This document shows, one piece after another, positions 12,961-23,612 of a stretch of 64,000 nt of DNA. Position 1 is the first letter of the stretch, and each line of letters starts with the position of its first letter. The position numbers and the translations under genes are program-made. The notes beneath the pieces are model-generated. The model worked only from the letters and a program-made list of their open reading frames with translations. It had not been told where the DNA came from and did no database searches. The stretch spans positions 107,076,001 through 107,140,000 of the forward strand of contig NW_024704742.1 in assembly GCF_018977255.1 (NCBI RefSeq), given 5' to 3'. The stretch comes from Callorhinchus milii. Its lineage: Eukaryota.

Positions 12961-14090
12961 TGTCAAGTCTTTGCATTTCTGTGTGTCTTTCTCTCTGCCT
13001 CCCTAAATGTTTCTCAGTGACTTTGTATGTGTGTGTATGTCTATTTATGTATTTATCTGTGTCAGATCTCTCCATTTTCCTGTGTTCATGCAAAACCACA
13101 AGGCTTATTACAGGCGTACCTGTGGGTGGGCAACATTGCCGTCAGACCTGTATCTGAGCCTCGATACAGATAGGAAGATTTACAGTTATCTGGGGTGTGG
13201 ATGGTGTCACATCACATAATGCAAATTCACCCCATTAAATTCATCAGTCCCCAAAAAACTGTATTTTTTTTAAATTTTAACACTTATGGTTGTACATAGT
13301 TGTGATGAGGATTGAATGTTAATGAGAGACCAGCAGTTAGATTCCAGAGAGATCAAAGAACTGGGGCAGGTTGTTGCAACTGAGGCATCTTGTTCTTAAC
13401 AGCATTACAAAGTGGAGAGCTTTACTGTACTCAGAATAAAAATTGCTCAAGCTGAAAAAGCGTGCATTTCTGACGATGCTGCTGTGAGCTGAAAGAGCCC
13501 AACTATGGCTTTTCCATCATTTAGAAAATTATGCATGTCAGTTTGAAGCAGCTGCTTTAATTGGCAGGACATGCTTAGGGCACTTCTCTGAATAATACCC
13601 TTGGCCAGCCTGTGCCTTAGCACAAAGTACAATTTGCACCATAGTCCTGGAGTGCCTCGTTTGAGGCTTACGATGCAATACAATTACCATTGAAAGTTTT
13701 ATCTGATTTTTAAAGATGCAGTGGTTGGGGTAATTCCCTTTCTGGTAATAGATGTTTTATGGGATATTCTATAATGCACTGGATGCTGACTTGTTATTAA
13801 AAAAATGTTCACAATGGCTTTCCATTAAAAGTCATTTAAAGATAGACATCGTAAGCAAAAGGACGTGACCACATGTAATTTCATTCAAGACTTTGTTTTC
13901 TCTCGTTCAATAAAATTATACCATTTGGCCGAGACATTATCACTGGATAAATTTACTGTGAAATGTGCATAAACCATTTTATGTACTTGCTGCGGATTTC
14001 AAAGGCTTGCAGATCAAGTTCATTCTCTTTTTAAAACGGGACCATTTGGTCTCAGTGTGTAAATCTACCACCATTGTATCTGAAATTCTG

Positions 14091-14320
14091 AGGCCTGAAA
14101 TTTCTCCTGGTCTTAGCCTGTAAGATCATTTTAATTTGATATTTAAGATAACACAAAACTGTACAATCAGTTTAACTTGGAAGCCACTTTTCTGCAGTTC
14201 CTATAAAGAACGTGCTTCTAAATTAAGACTAAATTTAAGAATTTTCTACAATTTTTACAAGCTCTTAAATTTTAAAGCAAAACAATCTTACAGACTAAGA
14301 TTAGGTGCAATTTTTAGCCT
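14091..14320. mobile_element. Palindromic MITE-like family, copy 3 (best TIR pair)
   Basis: Left end aggcctgaaatttctcctggtcttagcctgtaagat; reverse complement of the right end aggctaaaaattgcacctaatcttagtctgtaagat. Confidence 0.7.
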
Positions 14321-14672
14321 TGAATGCTCTTCTCAAAGCAAGAAACACTTCAAAAGATACATCCTAATACTTTAGAATGATGAAAATTTACAGCACCGAA
14401 GGAGACCATTTGGCCCATTGAGTCTTAGCCGGCTCTGAGAGTAAGTTGTTCATTTAGACCCACTGCCCTACCTTATCCCAAAACCCCTTCAAGCCTCTAT
14501 CCTTCACAGGTCTAATTGGAGTGCTCTTATATCTGGCTACAGCAAAATCTGAAGCACCTATTGAGCTGAATAATGAGTGAGTCCTAAGTATTAGGATGTA
14601 TCTTTTGAAGTGTTTCTTGCTTTGAGAAGAGCATTCAAGGCTAAAAATTGCACCTAATCTTAGTCTGTAAGA
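14286..14672. repeat. Perfect 87-bp inverted repeat (14286-14372 / 14586-14672), 213-bp spacer
   Basis: Base-by-base reverse-complement identity. The ORF track shows the same peptide SYRLRLGAIFSLECSSQSKKHFKRYILIL on both strands. Confidence 0.97.
14373..14510 (-). mobile_element. CR1 3' end fragment inside the inverted-repeat spacer
   Basis: Minus strand gagccggctaagactcaatgggccaaatggtctccttcggtgctgtaaattttcatcattcta matches the CR1 3' UTR and tail at 50241-50316. Confidence 0.85.
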
Positions 14673-14689
14673 AAAGATCACAACAGATC

Positions 14690-15140
14690 ACAAGAGAGAT
14701 TTAGATGAAGTAGACCCTTTGGTCCATTTTATCTCGTCCTTCCAGAATATCTACCCTATTATCCATCTATCAAACCAGGATGGCGCAACTTTTTTGTTGC
14801 TGAGGGCTGGATGACCTATTTGCAAAATGTCTGCGAACCGCATAAGCAATATTTTTGTGTTTCCCTTCCAGAAACATAACATTTATGGGTTATGGAGGGA
14901 GCTGGAGGGCCAGATTAAATGGAGGAGAGGAGGGGGTGGTTGATGCAGCCCACAGGCCGTCTGTTCGACCACCTTGCATTAAACATCAGGCTGTTTCTTA
15001 AATCAATGTTCTAGGATCACCCACCTGGTCCTGGTAACCCATTCCAATCGTTGATTACCCTCTGTGTAAAGAAATACTTCCTGGCATCTGTCTAGAAATT
15101 GCTCTCTCCACTTTAAACCTATATCCTCTTGTTCTGCAAC
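14690..15140 (-). mobile_element. Old CR1 3' fragment interrupted by a hAT MITE
   Basis: acccattccaatcgttgattaccctctgtgtaaagaaatacttcctg is the reverse complement of the CR1 ORF2 end motif (KYFFTQRVINDWN). Confidence 0.7.
14776..14976. mobile_element. hAT (Charlie/MER58-like) non-autonomous MITE
   Basis: Ends caggatggcgcaacttttt and gcagcccacaggccgtctgttcgaccaccttg (imperfect TIRs). Flanking 8-mers tatcaaac / cattaaac are a degenerate TSD. Confidence 0.6.
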
Positions 15141-16299
15141 CTTGCCATATTTAAAAGTAATGGAAACAACAACTTTAAAGAGACTTGTGTCTCCTTTAAG
15201 AGCTTGCACAGTGGATGACAGAAATATGTAAGGCTGATTGTCACTGAAGTGAATTTCCAGTGAAATATTTTGTGTCACTCTCATGTCCTGAATGTGTGTT
15301 CAGTTTTTAGCAGCTGAGTGGAAATCAGCTCTCATTGTTGACTGCTAATGGTTTCCAATGAGGTGATGTGCCCATCATAATTCCTATGAGCATCAAACCA
15401 CTGGAGGGTTTTTCTGCACCTAATTATTTAGGATTCAACTCAGAAAGATCAGTGCCATAGAAGTACTGCATAAGAAGTACTATTATTTGCACAAAGCTAT
15501 GTTGTCAGTACAATGCCACAGACTTGTGGCGTTGATCTGGTGCTGGCCAACACACGCACTCACTGAACCATTAATACACACACAAGGAATGTGGAAATAG
15601 TACACATTAGTGTCTCTTTCCAAATATTATGTTCCCCCCATCCCAGAGTAGAATTTGCTGAGTATCATTGAAAATAAAGCTGATATACTTTTAATGGATT
15701 CTTACATTTTCCCTCTTAGATCCTGTGTAAAATTATAATGAGAAATTTTAGAAGGAAGAAAAGAATTAGGAAATATTCTTGAAGGATGGCAAGATTACAC
15801 GTTTACGATTGCACAGTTCTAATAAATTATCCTGCCACACTGATACCCTTTAGTTAAATGCATTGAATACAGAAAAGCTTTGAGAATTACACTTCAAAGA
15901 TATGAATATTTTTTCAGCATGGTTAATATTCATGAATTACTTTCAAAAGCCTATTTAGGCGATGGAGTATAAAATGTGCATAACTATCAGGATCCTGAGG
16001 ATGTTTCTACTTGCGTGCATTTGCCTGTTCAGTGGGTGGCTAATTTACAGAACCGAGGAATTAACCCCTTGAGTAGTGAGTTGAATTGCAGCTGTACTCA
16101 AAACACTGCTCTTCCTTGATCTCCATGATCTTGTGTGCATATGGTGAGTAGAGGTTAGGCATCTCCTTGTGGAGGTACCTGAAGTAGACTGTGCTGCCAT
16201 TGAGTAGAAAAACTACTTTTATAGTGTGTTGATATGCCACAAAGTGCTTTACAGTGCTAATTGCTGTCAATCATAGAGCTAGCTTGATACTTAAGAACT

Positions 16300-17085
16300 A
16301 AGTAATCTGGAGGATTTTGGCTAGGATATCAGGAGAAATTCCCTTTTTCAAATAGCATTGTGTGATCTTAACATCCATCTGAACAGACCTTGGTTTAATG
16401 CTAATAATAATACTTGCATTTGATATAGCGTCTTATCACGCCTTCAAGACGTCTCACAGGACTTCACTGGATATGCTGTGAAGTGAATTGACTATATATT
16501 TTGTGGGCAAAACGCTGTATCCAAAAGATTGCATCTCCAACAATCGAGGCCACCACTTGCCAACCGTAAAAAATGGTGCTCAGTGTTCAGAATGATGCCC
16601 GAGTTGATCTATGGTCTGTGCTGTCATTGCTACAGTCTAAGCTGACACTCCAATACAGTGTTGCTGTAGTGCTGCATCGTTGGCGAAGCCATCCTTCAGC
16701 TGAGATGTTAAATCAGGGTTCCGTCTGCTTGATGTGGTGGACATTAAAGATCCTATTGCACTACTCAAAAAGGGAAAGGAGTTTCTCCGATGTCCTGGCC
16801 AACAATCACCCAGATAATAATAATAATAAGCAATAATAATCCTTGCATTTGATATAGCGCTTTTCACGTCTTCTAGATGTCTCAAGGCGCTTCACAACAC
16901 ATACCTTAAAATGAATTGATGGTATATTTGTGGGCGAAATGCTTGATGGTCATTCACTTCATGACACATTGTGGGACATTGCTGTGTACAAATTGACACC
17001 CGTGTTCATCGACAAAAATACATAGTCACTACACTTTCTATTAAATCCAGTGAAGCGCTATATCAAATGCAAGGATTTTTTTATT
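16300..17085. mobile_element. Cluster of at least five nested or adjacent SINE pieces in both orientations
   Basis: Deu core (-) 16300-16400; tail (-) 16403-16520; Deu SINE (+) ~16575-16815; tail (-) ~16820-16940; 3' half (+) ~16945-17085. Confidence 0.8.
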
Positions 17086-17091
17086 TTTATT

Positions 17092-17487
17092 ACTCAGTTA
17101 GTTGATCTTAACTGTGTTGCTGGTAAGTTGTAATTAGCCTTGTTCTCCTTGGGCTAAAAAAGGATGAGAAATCAACTCTCGAGGACTGAAATTCCACCTT
17201 GTCTTAGCCTGTGAGGCCATTTTGTCTTAAAATATAAGATTTTGCAGCATTGTGGAAAACTGTTGAATTTAGTCTTAACTTGGAAGCTGGTTTCTTTTTA
17301 AGAACTGAAGAAAACCAACTCGAATTCAAGTCTGAATTTCAGACCTTTGATCCATGACCTTTGTTGCAGAATGCACCAAGTGTTTATTGAATGATAAGAG
17401 GTTGATCTGGACATTGATGGACAAGCGAGTCTGACAACGCTTTCAGTCTAGACTCACGTGTAAGGAACGGTCATTAGGGCCAAATAC
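17092..17487 (+). mobile_element. LF-SINE-like remnant split by a MITE insertion
   Basis: cagttagttgatcttaact...ccttgggcta...aaatcaa before the MITE; atccatgacc...cagtctagactcacgtgtaaggaacggtcattagggc after it. Collinear with copies at 32262 and 38718 and with the LF-SINE consensus as I recall it. Confidence 0.55.
17181..17346. mobile_element. Palindromic MITE-like family, copy 4 (right arm shortened)
   Basis: gaggactgaaattccaccttgtcttagcctgtgagg ... gtcttaacttggaagctgg ... gaatttcagacct. Confidence 0.65.
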
Positions 17488-18107
17488 AGGGTGCAGCTAG
17501 TGCCCATTGAATCATTTACCAAATTGAGTCAGGAAGTATGAAAATTGGAAGGAGAAAGAAATTAATAAACCTGATAAATTAATATTAACACAGTCTGCAC
17601 AACCCCGCTCTGCTTTAAGAGACATGCAATGTCTCGCTGGTTCCTGTTTTAAAATCCATGCGTACCACACGGACAAAAAAGACATTATTCTGGCCACCTG
17701 ACACCATTCATCCGCGCATATTTTTTTCAAATTTATGTATGTGGGAAGCCTTTATGTCTCCGCCGTAGAGTAAACAGAACGGGATCAGGCGAAGCAGGGA
17801 GCTCTGCAGCCGAGAGGAAACACCACCCTGTTTCTGCCTTTCCATCTGATAACTGGCTCAGCACGCAAGAACCAAATGCTTGTTACTAGCTCCTGCACAG
17901 GATCCTCCTGTGTTCATAGGCGAGGTCAGGGGCGGTGTTAATAAATATCCCATGAGTTTTTTTACTTATGACTTTTGTTTCAATTTAGGATTAAACCTAA
18001 AACGCCCACGCTCTCCAAAACTCTCTTGAGAAATCTGTTAAAGTCAAATTTACTTTGGATGGAACGAGGTCCAAGCTTATATTCTAAAGTTTCAAGTTAA
18101 TATTAAT

Positions 18108-18310
18108 AATGATAATAACCATTGCATTTGCTATAGCACCTTTCATGTCAGGAAGACGTCTCAAAGCACCTCACAGGATTTACTGTAAAGCGTAGTGACT
18201 GAGTAGGCAACCGAGGCAGCACACTTTCGGATAGAAATGCCTCACAAACAGCTGTACAGTGAATGAGCAATTTTATTTGGGGGTTTATTGGCTCAGACGC
18301 CGGGAGAAAT
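18108..18310 (-). mobile_element. Deu-type SINE 3' half
   Basis: ataataaccattgcatttgctatagcacctttcatgtcaggaagacgtctcaaagc. Confidence 0.75.
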
Positions 18311-18324
18311 AGTGACATTGAGCA

Positions 18325-18616
18325 GGGATGGTGGTGAGAAGCGAGAGATCTGGGTTCAATTCCCGGCAGAGCGAAACCTTGGGTAGGTTTCATTACTCCA
18401 CATGCCTGATAATAATCCGTCAAGAAAAAAACAATCATAAATTGGTCACTTCAATCCACAACTGTTTGTGGGACACTGCTATGCGCAATTTGGCTGCCGC
18501 ATTTCGCCCACAAATATACAGTCAATTCACTTTACAGTATATTCTATGAAACGCATTGAAACGTCTAGAAGACGTGCAAAGCGCTATACCAAATGCAAGG
18601 GTTATTATTATTATTA
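18325..18616 (+). mobile_element. tRNA-derived SINE (short variant), head partly truncated
   Basis: B box gggttcaattcccg, body ccttgggtaggtttcattactccac, tail gcgctataccaaatgcaagggttattattatt. Confidence 0.85.
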
Positions 18617-19639
18617 GAGTGGATGGATCGGCACTGGCTCCCAGCAGTCGGTCTTTGTGGACTGTCATTTCCTGGCAGGATTCTCTGTGGCAAACTCTGT
18701 GACAAATACTCTTAGGAATCTCCACGTTTTCAGCCCCATTTCTTCTGTTGTAATGTTTTGGTGGTGGTGTGGTGTCACTGTGCCAGAAGTGCTTCAGAGC
18801 CTTTTCCCATAGTGATGACCAGAGCTATGAAGGAAACGGGTACAACAATGTCATTCGGCACTCAGTCTCTCTCACATACAGCATTGCACATCTAAGTTTT
18901 ATTTAATCAAATATTCATGTGCAGATATTAAACCCCATTGATGGTGTTTTATTTCCTTTCTGTATCTGTTCAAATCCATGACTTAAGTGCTTTGAGACAT
19001 CCTCCTGATAAGAAAGGACCTATATAAATATGAACTGTATTGCACATTTGCTTTCATTTGAATTAATTTGTTCTTGGCAGAATAAATCCAATTGGGGGGA
19101 TGGGGGGAGACGTAAGATAGCAGAGAGAAATTTAAAGTATGTGATAATTATTAAAAATGACTAAACTTGTAATTCTTTTTGCTCAGTTTTGATAGAACAT
19201 TGGAAAAAAACATTTTCCAGAGTCGCATGGGGTGGGGGAAGGGGAGAGAAAGGTCAGTTCCAACCTATCTCTTAGCACAGAAGCTAGAACAATCGCATTA
19301 TTTTGTCCTTGTGATGATTAGCACAGCACATATACAATCTTTCTTGCTAACAATAATGTTTTCTTTGGTGGAATATCAATCTTTTAAAACTGAGAATTCT
19401 ATGCATCCCACTTACATATAATAATCCTTGCATTTGATATACTATTGATAGCATTGCAAGCTTTCTCGCTGCTTGAACAGCTTGGATCACCCTAACCGTT
19501 AGGGCTTTGTCTTGCAGGGTTAACAGGAGCTGAGTGGGAGGATTCCCTGCCCCCAGTGGCTGGTCTGCCGTTCCAAGCTTTTTATACGCAATACAATTTA
19601 TACTTATATATTTTATTATTTATATATTATTTATAAATG

Positions 19640-19815
19640 CCGTGCCTTCAGCTCCCCTCTCGACTCTCTTCCCCCTCCTCGCTCCCTCCCTTCCCTCCCC
19701 TCACCCTGAGCATTTCCCCCCTGCTCGGGTCATGACCCAACTGTGCAGCGCCTTGGGACGTCCTCCTGACATGAAAGGCGCTTTATAAATGGAATCTTGT
19801 TGTTGTTGTTGTTGT
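19640..19815 (+). mobile_element. L2 3' UTR/tail fragment
   Basis: Near match to 34510-34678, including the stem-loop and (ttg)n tail. Confidence 0.85.
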
Positions 19816-20484
19816 TATAATGGACGTATATTAAAAACAGGCATCAAGCCATGCAAGTGGGCTTTCGACTGCAAAGGTCCCACTATCTTGATCTGGTGCT
19901 CAGAGTTTAGCTTGTTCCACAGTAGCGTTTTGACTCAAAAAAGGTCATAGGGGAAGAGGGATTATGTTTCTCCGTACAAATGATGGGTCTAAATCTGAAA
20001 GAGACTTTACCTGTAGAATTGGGAAGTGCTGCATGTGAATTGAGTGATGGAGCATTTATTTAGAAGAAAACACGCAGACATGTTTAACAGCAAAACACAG
20101 CACAACACTGCAAGATGTTTAGTGTGAAGATAATTAAAAGCTTGCACTTGAACTTGATGAGTTTTCTTGAAACTGGTTACTCAGCAGGGAATCAATCTAA
20201 TAATTCTGTTGTAATCTGAGGATGGGACATTCTTTCAGTGATACATAACGTATCATATTGCCGGTGACCTCTTTTGGCCTACCAGTGCTATAAATTATTG
20301 ATACTACAGCACTGAGGGGGAGGGCGGGGATTAGTACAAAATGCAGTTTTGCAAAGCTTCACCTGTGGTTTAACTCAGGCATTAACACTTATTAGTTTAT
20401 CTTTTTTCTACCAAAGTTTCAAACAGATAAGCATATTTCACCAGTGTTAAGAAGCAATAATAATAATATTTTTTAAAATAATCA

Positions 20485-21121
20485 TACTCCTTGCATTTGA
20501 TATAGCAATTTTCACATTAGGATGTCTCAAAGTGCTTCAAGGGATTACTGTACAAAACATAGTGACTTCACTTTATAGTAAAATCCTGTGAAATCTTTGA
20601 GAAGCTCTCCCAACATGCAAGGCGTTATACCTGATGTAGGGATCATTATTACAGTATTATGTACTGTAGGCGAAAAGAGCAGGCAATTTGTACACACTAA
20701 TGTCCCACAAAGAACCATGAAGTGAATGATCAACTTTATCTAAGGGATTCAAAACACAAAATAATGCAGATGCTGGAAATCTGAAACAAAAACAAAAACA
20801 GAAGTCGCTGGGAACACTCTATGGAGCATCTATGGAGAAAGGAAAGTGAGTCAGCGTTTCGGGTCCATAACCCTTCATCAATTCTGAGGGATTGTGGCCA
20901 GGACACTGGGAGAAACTCGCTTCTCTTTTCAAATAATACGATGGAATCTTTAACGTCCACCTGAATAGGCAGATAGGACTTTGATTTAACATTTCATTCG
21001 AACAATGTACCGCTCTGATAGATTAGTATTAGAATGTCAGCCTGGCCTGTGAATTCAAAGCCCTGGTTTGGGACTTGAACGTTTTGACTCGGAGCCGAGA
21101 GTGCTACCAATTGAACCAGGC
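20485..21121 (-). mobile_element. Deu-domain SINE carrying two nested inserts
   Basis: Tail at 20485, Deu core at 20894-21000, head (reverse complement of gagagtgctaccaattgaaccagg) at ~21100-21121. Confidence 0.8.
20750..20886 (-). mobile_element. Penelope-like element terminal fragment with degenerate hammerhead core
   Basis: Minus strand reads ttgatgaagggttatggacccgaaacgctgactc...cagatttccagcatctgcattattttgtg. The insert is flanked by the duplicated 7-mer agggatt (20743-20749, 20887-20893). Confidence 0.7.
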
Positions 21122-23351
21122 TAATAACCTGATAATAATCTGACTTTGTGGTGTGACGTGCCTGTCTAATGCCTGGCAGTCTGCTGGGGATTGAGGCTAT
21201 GATCTTGGTTCTTCAAGACCTCTAACCACCTCCTTACTGTTGATAAAACATGCTTTTGAGCAGCTGATTTGATCTAAGCCATATGGAGAACAAAGGGAGA
21301 TGTTTGATTGACGCTCTTAATTTAGGAGGTCTGAGGATAAAGTTTGCGGCACTTCAAAGTTATCGGCGGTATTAATTTATTGCAGTGTTTTGTGTTAGAC
21401 ACTAAGTGGCCACTAGGTGACAGAACCTTTCCCACAGAGTATTTATTCTCTCCCGACTACAGCTTTCAGAGATTAATTGTTAAAAATTTTTGGCACTGGG
21501 ACTCATCTCCAGGGTTTTTCTCGGGGCTCCTGCCCTAATAATCAAGGCGACGTTTCTGTTTACTGCTGTTGTTTTGCTGTGTCACAGGTGAGTTTACGCA
21601 CGTAGGGATCAACATTGAGGTATTTCTAAACATGCTGCATCTCTTAATTATCGCCAAAGATAAGAAATGATTCAAAAAAAGGTCAAAAACATATTACTAA
21701 AACCTACCATTAACAACAGGTATTTACTAACCAATATAATTTATATTGGTATATTGTAGTTCTTTTTATATTGGGAGAACATCTCAGAGTGCTTTGTGAA
21801 GGACCACCCCTAATTTCTGGAGAATAGTTTCCCTTTAGATACTTTTCCTGAATTGAATTACTTTATATTAATATAGCAAGAATTACTTTAAAAATTCCTA
21901 GCCACCGGAACTGCTTTTTTTTCTTCAAGGTAGCTTTTGTATTAAAAATTTGGGGCAGCTCAGACTCACGTTTTGTAGCTGGTGAGTTGATTTCTGGTGC
22001 TTGGTTTCACAGGAATGCTTTTCTTCAGTGCTTGTTCTCAGGTTGAAAATACAGTTGGCACTTACATTGTACTTTTGGTCATTATTCAAAAGAAACAATT
22101 ATAGAAGGTTGGACACTGCCTCAAGCGCAGTTGTGTTTTTGTGAGTCAGTATATTTAATGGTTGGTCAGCAGTAAGTTTTGTAAACTTGTCCCTGTGCGT
22201 TTGTACATAAAAGTTCATTAGTTATTTGTAATTTGATTTTGCATTCATAATGCAATAAGTTAAAATTGCATTCATTATTTCTAAGCCCAGTGGGACAAAT
22301 TCTGAAATCTACCGAACAGTGCAGAATCACTGTTTAACTCACATCAAATTTGCCACCTGGAGTACACTGAGCAGGCTAACCCCCAAGGCTTGCATTATTC
22401 AGTTCATAAACACATACATTTGTAGCCAGAATATTGTAAAGTTACCAAGAACGAGTCACTGTATTTTTTTTAAGAAAATGCATTTCTATTGTAAATGAAC
22501 ATTTAACATTAGCATCCAGTGTGGTTAACACTGGGGATGAATTGTAACATCTGGCAGCACTTAGCCATCTATTTCAAGTATGCAGTATTTGCATTCAAGC
22601 TGAAGAAACAGAAGGCTTCTTTGCAACATGACATTCAAGGGTGGGACATGGACATAGATTAGTATGTGGCTAAAGGGAAGGAAACAGGTTTTGTTTAAGA
22701 AACAGCTTGATGCAATACTGGGCAAACGGTACCGTTGTTATTCTCAAGGAAAATAAAATGGCTGAAGAGCCAAACCTCTCTTATAATTTGGTGATTATAA
22801 GGCAAACAAGTTATTATAGCCTTATTGCTGAGGCATAATTAGAACTATATTCGACTATATGCACTGTAGTTTCAAAAAGGTCCTTGGTGCACTCGAGAAA
22901 GTTAAGGAAGCCAAAGCGCCATTAGTCACAGCTGATGTAACTTGACTTAGGTACTTGACACAATGATTGCAGGAAAATCAAGCCTGGAAATTGTGAAACT
23001 TGCTTTAAATGTGTCAGATCCAGCAACCCTAGGGGTTCAGCTACATTTCCCCTCCAGAGATACAACGTTAGGTTTAAATTAGCTTTAAATATGCCCTTCG
23101 CCTTCTCCCTGGGCTATTGTTAGATACGCACGTCTCTGCTTCTGAGAGCGAAGCTCTAAAACTACAGCTTTGTCTTTTTGGAAAACCCTGTTAACCTCAC
23201 CACAAGGAGAGAGGGAAAGTTAGAGGATGAGTCACCTCAGGCTGCTCCCATACAGTGTAAAGCTCATTGGATTTGGGCTAGGACCTGGCTTTCCTGCCTG
23301 CCTAATCAAACAGAGAGTGGTGTGTGGGTACATGAAGTATTTACCCAGTAA

Positions 23352-23612
23352 CACAACAATTACAATTTGCATTTAAATAACACCCTTCACGCAGGTTAAT
23401 GTCTTGGAGCACTTAACAGTGGTGGAGCCTGATGCTGCGACAGGAAAAGAGAGGAGGTACACCCGGTTAAAGAGGGAGGTCTTCAGATGCGATGGATAAG
23501 GAGGGGTCAAGACTGAGGGATTGAGGCAGAGTGTTCCGGAGTCTAGTGGCTGAAAGCATGGCCACCCATTGTGGAGCGAAGGGGAAGAGGGATATTCAGG
23601 AGGTCGGAGCTC
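23352..23612 (-). mobile_element. L2 3' fragment (second tail variant)
   Basis: acaatttgcatttaaataacacccttcacgcagg...ggctgaaagcatggccacccattgtggagcg, similar to 7762-8040. Confidence 0.7.

Noticed and set aside
14136..14681. Pair of paralogous small proteins on opposite strands
   Set aside because: The shared peptide is just the translation of the 87-bp inverted repeat.
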